Made by a program: the position numbers and the translations under genes. The notes under the pieces are model-generated. The model ran no database searches and was not told the DNA's origin. It saw only the letters and a program-made list of their open reading frames with translations. Of a DNA stretch of 64,000 bases, positions 10,817-20,880 are shown piece after piece (the first letter of the stretch is position 1; each line of letters opens with the position of its first letter). The stretch comes from a virus. Where the stretch lies: the IMG/VR virus record IMGVR_UViG_3300020601_000005; one strand, 5' to 3'.

Positions 10817-12556
10817 ATGTCATCACCATTCCCACTTAATCCAGAAAATGGAGATACCTATACTACATTCGGTAGAACTTATGAGTATTCTTCATTGAAA
10901 AGTGCATGGCATCCGGTCTCTATCGCTCCGAAGACATCTGACATCATTGGCATGGATCAATTCGAAACCCCTGATGTGGGAGATATATTAGTCAGCGATG
11001 GTACATTGTTTACCAAGTCCACTGTTAATCTCCCAAAGATATATCCAACTATTGCAGAACTTCCCCTGTCAGGAAACATAGCAGGAAATATAGCAGTAGT
11101 TTCTGAAAATAATCGTGTATATATTTGGAATGGTGCAGGCTGGTTTTCAGTAGCATTAATTAATACATCTCCATCAATCACGGTTGGACCAAATGCAACG
11201 TATGAACTGAATAACGATGGTACTCCTACAGTGATTACATTGGCTGCAGTTGATCCGGAAGAAGTTCCTATCGCATGGACATATTCTGTTACATCTGGTT
11301 CGTTAGAAGATACTACCGTTACTAATGATGGTTCTGAATTCACAATTACTCCTGGAACAGTTGCAGCAACATTTGATCTAACGTTCACGGCGTCAGATGG
11401 TATCAATCTAGCTCAGACATCAGCTAGTTCATTTACTCTGTCATTCGTTCCAAGTTGGACTTCAGGTGGAACCTTACAGTCGGTCCTAACAACGAACGTT
11501 ACAAATGCTAATCTTACAACAGCGGCAATAAATGATGACGGAACTGTCGCCGTCGTAGGATCATCTGCCGACTCTCTGGCAACGTTTCGAGTTTATACAC
11601 GAAACGGATCAACATGGACATTAGCATATACAGGATCTAATATTAGCGATAGATATGCTATGAATGTTTCTATATCCGGCGATGGAACTACTATAGCTGT
11701 TTCTCGTGGAGGCGATGATCGCCCAGGCGGTAATTATGGATCGTTTGAAATCTGGTCTGGGTCCGGATCTAACTGGAGTTTGCAGAACACGGTAAATTAT
11801 GGTGCATTCTCATCTTATTTTGGAGAATATGTTCAACTAAGTCAAGACGGAACCCGTATACTGGTTGGTTGTCTTTATGATCCTAGACATATGATAGTAT
11901 ATCAGAAGTCTGGATCAAACTGGGTTTTAAGAGGTGATACAAGTTCATATACCTATGGTACATACGAGTATTCGCAGATTCCAGCAGGCTCTTCTAATCT
12001 AGATGTAATTTCGTGTCAGATCCAGGATGTACTTAGTGGGCAAAGGAAATTCCATATATATGAATGGAACGGAACCACTTATCAATTAGTTGTTAATATA
12101 TCAGCATCAGGAACATACGGTAACTTTGGTTTGGCGAATGCAGTTTCTCCTGATGGACAATACGTAGTATATAGGAATAATAGTAGCGGTGGAATCAGTG
12201 GCTATAAAAGAGATTCTGCCCTGAATTGGAGCGTCACAGGTACTGAGTTAAATGACCTCTCCTTTGACCCGGCTAGATTTAAATTCTCCGGCAATGTGGG
12301 ACCTGGAAATTTTTTATTAGAATTTAGTAATTCTCCTAATACGTCTCCCAAAGTTTTAACGTTTTCCAATGGAAGCTGGAATATAAGTGAACTTGAAGGT
12401 GCTGCATCTTTTACTTTCACTGGTCTGCAAGGATCCCAAACTACTAACTGGGGTAATATTAGTGCAGATGGAAAACACATTGTCATAGTCAACACTGGCG
12501 AAAATAGAACTGGATATAATAACTCTGGCGGAGTGTATTTCTTCAAAGCTAATTAA
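10817..12556 (+). CDS. Fibre paralogue 1: modules A+B+Ig-like, divergent beta-propeller C-terminus
   Basis: PFPLNPENGDTYTTFGRTYEY, ELPLSGNIAG, DGTPTVITLAAVDPE, then ISGDG/LSQDG-type blades; ends FFKAN. Confidence 0.7.
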   Translation: MSSPFPLNPENGDTYTTFGRTYEYSSLKSAWHPVSIAPKTSDIIGMDQFETPDVGDILVSDGTLFTKSTVNLPKIYPTIAELPLSGNIAGNIAVVSENNRVYIWNGAGWFSVALINTSPSITVGPNATYELNNDGTPTVITLAAVDPEEVPIAWTYSVTSGSLEDTTVTNDGSEFTITPGTVAATFDLTFTASDGINLAQTSASSFTLSFVPSWTSGGTLQSVLTTNVTNANLTTAAINDDGTVAVVGSSADSLATFRVYTRNGSTWTLAYTGSNISDRYAMNVSISGDGTTIAVSRGGDDRPGGNYGSFEIWSGSGSNWSLQNTVNYGAFSSYFGEYVQLSQDGTRILVGCLYDPRHMIVYQKSGSNWVLRGDTSSYTYGTYEYSQIPAGSSNLDVISCQIQDVLSGQRKFHIYEWNGTTYQLVVNISASGTYGNFGLANAVSPDGQYVVYRNNSSGGISGYKRDSALNWSVTGTELNDLSFDPARFKFSGNVGPGNFLLEFSNSPNTSPKVLTFSNGSWNISELEGAASFTFTGLQGSQTTNWGNISADGKHIVIVNTGENRTGYNNSGGVYFFKAN

Positions 12557-12573
12557 AATAGAAAGAACATAAA

Positions 12574-15126
12574 ATGGCATTTCCAAGCAATCCAAGTGAC
12601 GGCGATACATATATCAGATATGGTAGAACGTATGAGTATGAAGCAGCTCTATCGATGTGGAAAGTTAAAAAGAGCGGAATTCAATTAACCGAATTGTCCG
12701 ACGTTGACGTTACTACAACGCCTCCAGCAGCCGGAGAAACTTTGGTCTGGTCTGGAACTAAATTTGTACCAGACGAAATAAATCTACTCTCTGTGTATCA
12801 AAGTGAATTGCCGTTGACTGGTAATGTCGCTGGTCAAATGGCGTATGTCACAGATACTTCCAGATTGTATATTTACACCGGCGCAGGATGGTTTAACGTT
12901 GCACTTGTTAATACCAATCCGTCAATTATAGTTGGTCCGGATGGAAGTTATGCATTCGCAACCGATGGCACACCGATCGTATTAACACTAGAAGCACAGG
13001 ATCCGGAAGAACTTCCTATCACATGGAGTTATACTGTTACCTCAGGTGCATTGGGAAGTACTGCTACAGTTCAGCAAGAAGGTAACGTATTCACTATTAC
13101 TCCTAGTACTGATAAAGATGATGTTGGTGAATTTAGTATTACATTCACTGCTTCTGATGGTGTTAATCTGGCGACAGCGGTCAGTTCGTTTAAATTAGCG
13201 TTTGGCGCAGCTGATCAATACTATAACAACAATTATATCTTGTTAAAATCCACATCAGTACTAAATAACCACACGTTTGTTGATGAGTCTACTAATGGAC
13301 ATACTATAACACGCTATGGCGATGTATATCAAATATCATCAAGTCCTTACTCACCTTCTGGATGGGCCGCTAGTTTTGATGGTAGTGGAGATTATTTAAC
13401 TATTCCAGCCTCAAATGATTTTGTTTTTGATGATGGGGATTTTACGATCGAAGCGTGGATATATCCCACAGATTCTGGTACAGAGCAAGGAATTGTTAAC
13501 AACTGGCAGATTGGCGGCGCATTTATTTTTAGATTAACAAATGCAAATAAACTTCAGTTATCATACCGGACAACAGCGTCCGTAAACAAGACTTCTACTG
13601 ATACAGTACCAGAAAATGAATGGACTCACGTTGCTGTAGTTAGAAATAATAATAACATTTATTTTTACATTAATGGGGTTGCTGATTCCGGTGGTGCTCA
13701 AAGTGAAACTGGTACTATTGTCTATTACAATGGTTCGCCAAAAGATTTAAAGATTGGCACATCAGGTGATACCGGTAATTTGTGGAATGGTTGGATTTCT
13801 GATTTAAGAATTGTTAAAGGTGTAGCTGTCTATACATCAGCATTTACCCCGGCTACCGAGCCCCTCACTGCCATCACCAACACTAGCCTACTGACCTGTC
13901 AAAACAATCGATTCATTGATAATTCAACTAATAATCACACTATAACTTCATATGGTCAGTGTGGTACTATCTCTGTATCACCATATGTTCCATCTGATCA
14001 ATATGATCCAACCGTTCATGGCGGATCAGCATCCTTTGATGGTAGTGGCGATTATCTCACCGCAGATATTACACCAGTGAGCAATCTTGGTGCCACAACA
14101 TATACTATTGAGGGATGGGTTTGGATTAATAGTTCAGGCAGCAGAGCTTTAATTGGAGCGGCAAATATAAAATATTATATTCAATGGAGTACCAGTACAT
14201 TTTATATTGGTGACGGTTCAACCAATATATCCGCCTCGTGGATAGCTCCGAAAAACAGCTGGGTGCATATAGCTGTCTCTAGAGATTCTGGTGGTACAAC
14301 CAGAGCGTTTATAGATGGAACGTTGTTATTGACTAGCTCTACTGTTTTACAAACAGGGAGCTTAAGCTATCTCGAGATAGGACGAAAGGGATCTACCGCT
14401 TACATCATGGACGGTTATATCTCAAATGTTAGATATGTTGCAGGTACAGCACTGTACACATCAGACTTTACTCCTCCAACACAATTATTGACCGCTGTTT
14501 CCGGCACAGAGTTGCTATTAAACATGAGCAATGCTGGTATTTATGATGAGATGACTAAGCAACACTTTCAAATGGTTGGCGATATTACTACATCAACAAC
14601 ACAGACAAAGTATAATGACACAGCAATATATTTTGATGGAAATGGTGACAGACTAGTCATTCCATGGGAAACTGGTCAGTGGTTAAATCAAGCTTTTCCT
14701 TATACTGTTGAATTTTGGTTCTATCCGGATTACAACTATAACAGGCAATACATTCTTGGGCGTAACTCTGGAAACTTTTTTAGCTTAAAATGGGATGGGT
14801 CCGCCACTAAGATTGAAGTTGATAAACAAGGTGTGGGTGTACAGATAACTGCCTCAGAGACATGTGCGCTTAACGCTTGGCATCATGTGGCAATGACGTA
14901 TGATGGCACAACCACTACATTGTGGATTAATGGTGTTAACGCTGGATCGGCTTCAGGTACTGGTGGACACAGCTCGGGAGATGTAACAATTGGATACTAT
15001 GCAGCTACCAGTACTTCTAGTTTCCGAGGATATGTCGAAGACTTTAGATGGACGCAGGGTGTTGCAAGATATACCGCTAACTTCACACCGCCAACAGATG
15101 CACTTGGTTTTGAAAACGCAGAGTGA
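12574..15126 (+). CDS. Fibre paralogue 2: modules A+B+Ig-like, three LamG/ConA-like lectin domains
   Basis: Three FDGSGDYL...(F/Y)TIE.W...W.H.A...GY(I/V).(D/N).R...G.A.YT..FTP units. Confidence 0.8.
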   Translation: MAFPSNPSDGDTYIRYGRTYEYEAALSMWKVKKSGIQLTELSDVDVTTTPPAAGETLVWSGTKFVPDEINLLSVYQSELPLTGNVAGQMAYVTDTSRLYIYTGAGWFNVALVNTNPSIIVGPDGSYAFATDGTPIVLTLEAQDPEELPITWSYTVTSGALGSTATVQQEGNVFTITPSTDKDDVGEFSITFTASDGVNLATAVSSFKLAFGAADQYYNNNYILLKSTSVLNNHTFVDESTNGHTITRYGDVYQISSSPYSPSGWAASFDGSGDYLTIPASNDFVFDDGDFTIEAWIYPTDSGTEQGIVNNWQIGGAFIFRLTNANKLQLSYRTTASVNKTSTDTVPENEWTHVAVVRNNNNIYFYINGVADSGGAQSETGTIVYYNGSPKDLKIGTSGDTGNLWNGWISDLRIVKGVAVYTSAFTPATEPLTAITNTSLLTCQNNRFIDNSTNNHTITSYGQCGTISVSPYVPSDQYDPTVHGGSASFDGSGDYLTADITPVSNLGATTYTIEGWVWINSSGSRALIGAANIKYYIQWSTSTFYIGDGSTNISASWIAPKNSWVHIAVSRDSGGTTRAFIDGTLLLTSSTVLQTGSLSYLEIGRKGSTAYIMDGYISNVRYVAGTALYTSDFTPPTQLLTAVSGTELLLNMSNAGIYDEMTKQHFQMVGDITTSTTQTKYNDTAIYFDGNGDRLVIPWETGQWLNQAFPYTVEFWFYPDYNYNRQYILGRNSGNFFSLKWDGSATKIEVDKQGVGVQITASETCALNAWHHVAMTYDGTTTTLWINGVNAGSASGTGGHSSGDVTIGYYAATSTSSFRGYVEDFRWTQGVARYTANFTPPTDALGFENAE

Positions 15127-15155
15127 TCTGAACTTTAATCTTAGACCAAACTAGG

Positions 15156-15163
15156 TATAAATA
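15156..15163 (+). promoter_or_regulatory. Late promoter TATAAATA overlapping a 12-bp inverted repeat (15159-15193)
   Basis: Exact consensus; AAATAACACTAT / ATAGTGTTATTT followed by Ts. Confidence 0.65.
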
Positions 15164-15219
15164 ACACTATAGAGTAAAATCATAGTGTTATTTTTTAGCG
15201 CTATAATCGGAGATACCCA

Positions 15220-17301
15220 ATGGCAAATTTTCCACGGAGTGCACGAACTGGACAAACTCATAAGAAGTTTGGTCGTAGATTCATATATTCCGAAACCACT
15301 GAATCGTGGACCCCAATATCAACACTTGCATCAGTAGCAGAAGTTCGCACTGCTGAACAAGCCGTATCTGCAAGTAATACAACCACATATCAAACCGCCG
15401 TAGAATTACCATTGTCCGGCAATACTGCTGGTGCAATGGCATTCGTCGTAGAAACAAATCGACTGTATCTATGGAGTGGTACAGGATGGTATAATATCGC
15501 AACTATTGCAGGAGCATCTTCATCTATCTCTGGTGCAAACAGTTCTTATACTTTAGCTACTGACGGAACTCCAACTGTTATTACATTGAGTCAAAGTGGA
15601 TTGACTTCTCCTACATGGTCATACGAAGTTACTACAGGATCTCTTGGTAGAACTGCTACAGTAACACAAGCAGATAATGTTTTTACAATCACACCAAGCA
15701 CAAGAGCGAGTGATATTGGTTCCTTTGGTCTGACGTTTAAAGCGACTGATGGTTCAAATACAATTGTCACGTCTAGTCAGTTTACAATGAGTAATACTGC
15801 ACCAGTAATCGGTACTGGTCCTAGTGCGACTTATACATTGGCTAGTGATGGAACACCTACTGTTATCACATTAGCTGCAACCGATGCCGATGGTCACGCA
15901 ATCACTTGGTCATATGAAGTTGTTAGTGGATCGTTGGGAAGTACAACGGTCACCAATGTCGGATCGGTATTTACAATTACTCCTAGTACAAATATTAGTG
16001 ACGCTGGTGTATTTCAGTTGAGATTTGTTGCATCTGACGGCGCTGCATCAGATACGGATGTTGCAGAGTTTACATTGGCATTTGGTCCAGATTGGACTAC
16101 TGCAACCCTTCTGCACACATTAGACAATCCGAATGCTTATGGCACAAGTGCTGGTGATGATTTTGGTCGATCCATTGCAATAGATGGTAACTATGCAATC
16201 GTTGGTGCAGCATCCGAAGATGATGCTAGTGCTAGTACTTCAGGTAAAGCATATATCTTTAACGTTACTACAGGTGCATTAGTTCATACGCTAGATAATC
16301 CGAATGCTTATGGCACAAGTGCTGGTGATCAATTTGGTTCCAGAGTAGCGATATCTGGTAATTACGCAATTGTAGGTACTTATTCTGAAGATGATGCTGG
16401 TGGTACTAGTTCAGGTAAAGCATATATCTTTAACGTTACTACAGGTGCATTAGTTCATACGCTAGATAATCCTAATCCTTATGATACAAGCGCTACTGAT
16501 CAATTTGGTTACGCATTAGCGATATCAGATAGCTATGCAATCGTTGGTGCTCATACTGAAGATGATGCTGGTGGTGGTAATTCAGGTAAAGCATATATCT
16601 TTAACGTCACTACAGGTGCGCTGCTTCATACATTAGATAATCCGAATGCTTATAGTACAAGTGCTAATGATCAATTTGGTTTCGCAGTAGCAATAGATGG
16701 CAATTACGCAATCGTTGGTGCTTATGTTGAAGCTGATACTGGCGGCATACGTGCGGGAAAAGCATATATCTTCGATGTCACAACTGGAGCATTAGTTCAT
16801 ACATTAGATAATCCAACTGCATATGGCACAAGTCAGAATGATTACTTTGGCTCATCAGTAGCAATATCTGGTAATTACGCAATTGTTGGTACTTATGCAG
16901 AAGATGATGCTGGCGGAAACACTTCAGGTAAAGCATATATTTTCAATGTCACTACTGGAGCATTGGTTCATACATTAGATAATCCGAATGCTTATGATAC
17001 AAGTGATGATGATCGTTTTGGACATTCAGTATCAATATCAGGTAATTATGCTATTCTTGGAGCTTATATGGAAGATGACGCTAATGGTACTGGTTCAGGT
17101 AAAGCATATATCTTTGATGTGACGACTGGTGCATTAGTAAAAACATTAGATAACCCCAATGCTTACAATACAAGTTTGTCTGATTTTTTTGGCCGTGACA
17201 CTATATCAATAGATGGCAATTACGCTATTGTTGGTGCTTTTGGTGAAGATGAAGCTGGTGGTATTGGTTCTGGTAAAGCATACATCTTCAAAGCTGGTTA
17301 A
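15220..17301 (+). CDS. Fibre paralogue 3: modules A+B, two Ig-like domains, 7-blade FG-GAP propeller
   Basis: Two DGTPTVITL domains, then about 7 near-identical 57-aa repeats; ends YIFKAG. Confidence 0.8.
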   Translation: MANFPRSARTGQTHKKFGRRFIYSETTESWTPISTLASVAEVRTAEQAVSASNTTTYQTAVELPLSGNTAGAMAFVVETNRLYLWSGTGWYNIATIAGASSSISGANSSYTLATDGTPTVITLSQSGLTSPTWSYEVTTGSLGRTATVTQADNVFTITPSTRASDIGSFGLTFKATDGSNTIVTSSQFTMSNTAPVIGTGPSATYTLASDGTPTVITLAATDADGHAITWSYEVVSGSLGSTTVTNVGSVFTITPSTNISDAGVFQLRFVASDGAASDTDVAEFTLAFGPDWTTATLLHTLDNPNAYGTSAGDDFGRSIAIDGNYAIVGAASEDDASASTSGKAYIFNVTTGALVHTLDNPNAYGTSAGDQFGSRVAISGNYAIVGTYSEDDAGGTSSGKAYIFNVTTGALVHTLDNPNPYDTSATDQFGYALAISDSYAIVGAHTEDDAGGGNSGKAYIFNVTTGALLHTLDNPNAYSTSANDQFGFAVAIDGNYAIVGAYVEADTGGIRAGKAYIFDVTTGALVHTLDNPTAYGTSQNDYFGSSVAISGNYAIVGTYAEDDAGGNTSGKAYIFNVTTGALVHTLDNPNAYDTSDDDRFGHSVSISGNYAILGAYMEDDANGTGSGKAYIFDVTTGALVKTLDNPNAYNTSLSDFFGRDTISIDGNYAIVGAFGEDEAGGIGSGKAYIFKAG
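16105..17301 (+). repeat. Coding tandem repeat, about 7 x 171 nt (FG-GAP blades)
   Basis: Recurring tcaggtaaagcatatatcttt...ggtgcattagttcatac.ctagataatcc; also very similar to repeats in 1-1060. Confidence 0.85.
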
Positions 17302-17318
17302 TAAAGAAAGAATAAACA

Positions 17319-19085
17319 ATGGCATTTCCAATAAATCCAAACGATAACGATATTATCGAACGATTCGGCAGAAGATTTAGATACAAAGCCAACAAAGGGG
17401 CATGGGATATTGTCAGTAGTCCTACTGTCGCTCCAATCCAAGAAGCTGCGCCCACAACTTCTTCTGTGACACAAGCAGTCGACTTACCTATGTCAGGAAA
17501 CGAGATTGGTGCAATGTCATATGTTCAGGAATCTAATAGATTGTATGTCTGGAACGGCACTGGATGGTTTGAGATTGCATTGGTTAATACTAATCCTACT
17601 ATTACTGCTGGAGGTCAAGCGTCATATACGTTAAACACCGATGGTACACCAACTGTTATTACTCTAACTGCAAATGACCCTGAAGGCGTTCCATTGACGT
17701 GGAGTTATACTGTTAGCAGTGGTTCGCTCGGTGGTACTACAGTTACGAATGTAGATAATGTATTTACCATTACTCCCAGTACTAACTCAGCAGATGCTGG
17801 ATCGTTTAGTTTAACATTTACCGCATCTGACGGAGTCAATGTTGATACTTCAGTAAGCACATTCTCGTTATCGTTTGTTCCAGATTGGACTGCTGCTAGT
17901 TTTCTTGCTTCTGTAGGTCCATACACAGTGGAATCGTATGAGAATCCAACAAGTTATAATTTTGGATCGGCATTATCAATCTCAGGAGATTATCTGGCTG
18001 TAAGTGCATATAGAGAGCGACTTAGTACAGGATACGACTCCGGAGCAGTTCACATTATTAGTGCTTCAACCGGCGCTCTCATAAGCTCTATACCAAATCC
18101 AAGTCCCTATGATGGAACATATAATGATTGGTTTGGAGAAGTTATTTCTTTGGACGGCAACTGTCTTGTTGTCGGGAGTCCAAGAGATGATAAAGCTGGC
18201 GTAACAAATGCAGGTAGAGTGTTTATTTTCAAAACAGTTTCTGGTGATTGGACCGATACTACTTTAGCTCATACAATAGAAAATCCAGCATCCGGAACCA
18301 GCTTCGGGTGGTCTGTAGCTCTTGCAGGCGATGTAGTAGTTATTGGTCAACCGGACTATAACGGATCAAGAGGTCGGGCATATGTCTATAGCGCTTCTAC
18401 AGGGACGATTCAGTATACGATTGAAAATCCTAATGCATATGCGGGGAGTCAGGTAGCCGATCAGTTTGGCAAAAAAATTGCAACTGACGGATCTAAAATT
18501 GTTGTGGGAACTCCTAATGAAGACAGTTCAACAACTGCGTTTGATCAAGGTAAAGTATATGTTTTTAACGCTTCATCAGGGGCGTTAATTTGGACATTGA
18601 ATAATCCGAGCCCTCAGAACTCCGGAGAGAGTTTTAGGTATGATTACTTTGGCAACACAGTTGCAATATCGGATGGATATATTGCTGTTGCGGCTACAAA
18701 TGAAGATGATGGGTTATACGATGATAATTGTGGATATGTGTATGTGTATAATTCTAATACAGGATCACTAGTATATTCTATAAAAGATCCGAATTTAATT
18801 GAACCGACATATTTCGCAGATTATTTTGGAAGATCAATTGACATATCAGGAGAATATATGATCGTAGGTTCCAATGAAAGGGCTTCAAATGGAACTCAAA
18901 ATGTCGGGGCGATTTGGATTTTTGAAGTATCAACAGGTAATCTATTGTTTTATACAGGCAATCCAACTGGAAACGCAAATGAAGGGTTCGGAGTCACTGT
19001 AGCAATCTCAGGATTTTACGCTTATGCTGGACTAACTCGTCCAGGATCAGATATGGGTAGAGTCGATATCTTCAAAGCTGGTTAA
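17319..19085 (+). CDS. Fibre paralogue 4: modules A+B+Ig-like, divergent FG-GAP propeller
   Basis: Same N-terminal modules; FGSALSISGD / FGWSVALAGD blades; ends IFKAG. Confidence 0.75.
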   Translation: MAFPINPNDNDIIERFGRRFRYKANKGAWDIVSSPTVAPIQEAAPTTSSVTQAVDLPMSGNEIGAMSYVQESNRLYVWNGTGWFEIALVNTNPTITAGGQASYTLNTDGTPTVITLTANDPEGVPLTWSYTVSSGSLGGTTVTNVDNVFTITPSTNSADAGSFSLTFTASDGVNVDTSVSTFSLSFVPDWTAASFLASVGPYTVESYENPTSYNFGSALSISGDYLAVSAYRERLSTGYDSGAVHIISASTGALISSIPNPSPYDGTYNDWFGEVISLDGNCLVVGSPRDDKAGVTNAGRVFIFKTVSGDWTDTTLAHTIENPASGTSFGWSVALAGDVVVIGQPDYNGSRGRAYVYSASTGTIQYTIENPNAYAGSQVADQFGKKIATDGSKIVVGTPNEDSSTTAFDQGKVYVFNASSGALIWTLNNPSPQNSGESFRYDYFGNTVAISDGYIAVAATNEDDGLYDDNCGYVYVYNSNTGSLVYSIKDPNLIEPTYFADYFGRSIDISGEYMIVGSNERASNGTQNVGAIWIFEVSTGNLLFYTGNPTGNANEGFGVTVAISGFYAYAGLTRPGSDMGRVDIFKAG

Positions 19086-19105
19086 TATAGAAGAAAGAAC
19101 ATAAA

Positions 19106-20803
19106 ATGGCATTTCCAACATCACCATCTAACGACGATCTTCATACAGAGTTCGGGCGTACATTTAAATATTCATCTGCATCCAATTCTTGGTCAGTTGC
19201 AACTCCGGATGCACCAGAAGATAATGCACTGACAACTCAAGGATATGTTGATGTGCAGAGTCTTCCTTTGACAGATGTTGCAGCTGGTTCAAAGGCATTT
19301 GTTCAAGACGGTAACAAGTTGTTTATCTTTACTGGCAGTGGTTGGTTTGAGATCGCTACTATCAACACAGCACCTACTATTACCGCTGGTGCTGATGCAA
19401 CTTATGCATTGAACTCTGATGGTACTCCAACTGTTATTACACTTCAGGCGACAGACCCTGAAGGAACACCAATTATCTGGGGATATCAAGTTACCAGCGG
19501 ATCGTTAGAAGATATTACAGTTACTAATGTGGATAATGTATTCACAATTACTCCTGGAACAGCGCCAGCAACATTTGATCTGGCATTCACAGCATCAGAC
19601 GGTGTTAATATTGATACTTCAGTGAGTTCGTTTACATTAACATTTGGATCAGATTGGACATTAACTACACAACAAGCCAAGATACAAGCGTCTGATAAAG
19701 AAGGAAATGATTACTTTGGCTACTCAGTATCAATAGATGGTGATACGGTAGCTGTTGGTGCTTATCAGGAAGACTCCACTGGTACTAATGCTGGTGCTGT
19801 ATATGTATTTACCAGATCTGGTACTACATGGACACAACAAGCAAAGTTAGCAGCAACTGATATCGGAGGGATTCAAAATGTATGGGTTGGTTTCTCAGTA
19901 GCAATATCGGGCGATACATTAGTTGCTGGTGGCTATCGTGCTAACGACCGTGGCGCTGCATATGTATTTACCAGATCTGGTACTACATGGACACAACAAG
20001 CTAAACTTATATCAACTGATATACAACAAGATGATTGGTTTGGTTACTCAGTAGCAATAGATGGAGATACAATAGTTGCTAGTGCAATGGGTGAAGACAC
20101 TGGTGCTACTAATACTGGCGCTGCATATATCTTCACCAGATCAGGCACTACATGGACACAACAAGCAAAGATTCAGGCATCGGATCGATCAACAAGCGCT
20201 TACTTTGGTAGCTCAGCAGCAATAGACGGCGATACAGTAATTGTTGGTGCTTTCGGAAAAAATGCAGAAACTGGCGCTGCATATATATTTGCCAGATCAG
20301 GCACTACATGGACACAACAAGCTAAGATTTTATCATCCGATATACAGGCAGAGGATAAGTTCGGTCACTCAGTAGCAATAGATGGCGATACGGTAATTGT
20401 TGGTGCTTGGGGTGAAGACACAGGTGCTAATGCTGCCGGCTCAGCATATGTATTTACCAGATCAGGAACCACATGGACACAACAAGCTAAGATTCAGGCG
20501 TCTGATCCAGAAGCAGTCGATCTATTTGGGTACTCTGTTGCAATAGAGGCTGATACGGTAATTGTTTCTGCGCCGGTTGAAGACCCTGCCGGTCTTACTA
20601 GTGCTGGCTCAGCATATATCTTTACCAGAGATGGCACTACATGGACACAGCAAATCAAGATTCTAGCATCGGATAGAGCATCAAGTGATGAATTCGGTAC
20701 ATCAGTTGCAATATCTGGCGATACTGTAATTGTTGGTGCAAAATATGAAGACCCCGATGGCACTGGTGATGCTGGTGCTGCTTATATCTTTGTCGGCGGC
20801 TAA
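19106..20803 (+). CDS. Fibre paralogue 5: modules A+B+Ig-like, FG-GAP propeller of the TRSGTTWTQQAKI type
   Basis: About 7 repeats FGYSVAIDGDTVIVGA..ED.G...GAAYIFTRSGTTWTQQAKI. Confidence 0.8.
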   Translation: MAFPTSPSNDDLHTEFGRTFKYSSASNSWSVATPDAPEDNALTTQGYVDVQSLPLTDVAAGSKAFVQDGNKLFIFTGSGWFEIATINTAPTITAGADATYALNSDGTPTVITLQATDPEGTPIIWGYQVTSGSLEDITVTNVDNVFTITPGTAPATFDLAFTASDGVNIDTSVSSFTLTFGSDWTLTTQQAKIQASDKEGNDYFGYSVSIDGDTVAVGAYQEDSTGTNAGAVYVFTRSGTTWTQQAKLAATDIGGIQNVWVGFSVAISGDTLVAGGYRANDRGAAYVFTRSGTTWTQQAKLISTDIQQDDWFGYSVAIDGDTIVASAMGEDTGATNTGAAYIFTRSGTTWTQQAKIQASDRSTSAYFGSSAAIDGDTVIVGAFGKNAETGAAYIFARSGTTWTQQAKILSSDIQAEDKFGHSVAIDGDTVIVGAWGEDTGANAAGSAYVFTRSGTTWTQQAKIQASDPEAVDLFGYSVAIEADTVIVSAPVEDPAGLTSAGSAYIFTRDGTTWTQQIKILASDRASSDEFGTSVAISGDTVIVGAKYEDPDGTGDAGAAYIFVGG

Positions 20804-20836
20804 TCTGGTAAAGCATATATCTTCCAAGCTGGTTAA
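20804..20836 (+). pseudogene. Vestigial 3' end of a displaced FG-GAP domain (SGKAYIFQAG-stop)
   Basis: 31/33 nt identical to 17269-17301; lies directly after the stop of paralogue 5. Confidence 0.75.
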
Positions 20837-20846
20837 AATAGAAACG

Positions 20847-20854
20847 TATAAATA
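20847..20854 (+). promoter_or_regulatory. Late promoter TATAAATA
   Basis: Exact consensus upstream of gp13. Confidence 0.75.
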
Positions 20855-20880
20855 GAAGATAAGAACAATAGGGAATTCAA

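Noticed and set aside
16105-20800. Regular repeats resembling a CRISPR array
   Set aside because: They are in-frame coding repeats of about 170 nt (propeller blades) with synonymous variation, no unique spacers and no cas genes.
1-20836. Diversity-generating retroelement or invertase shufflon behind the fibre variation
   Set aside because: No reverse transcriptase or site-specific recombinase in the window, all copies share one orientation, and differences are not obviously adenine-specific.
20801-20836. Programmed stop-codon readthrough extending paralogue 5
   Set aside because: The extension would only duplicate the final strand already present (AAYIFVGG); a swap remnant is simpler.
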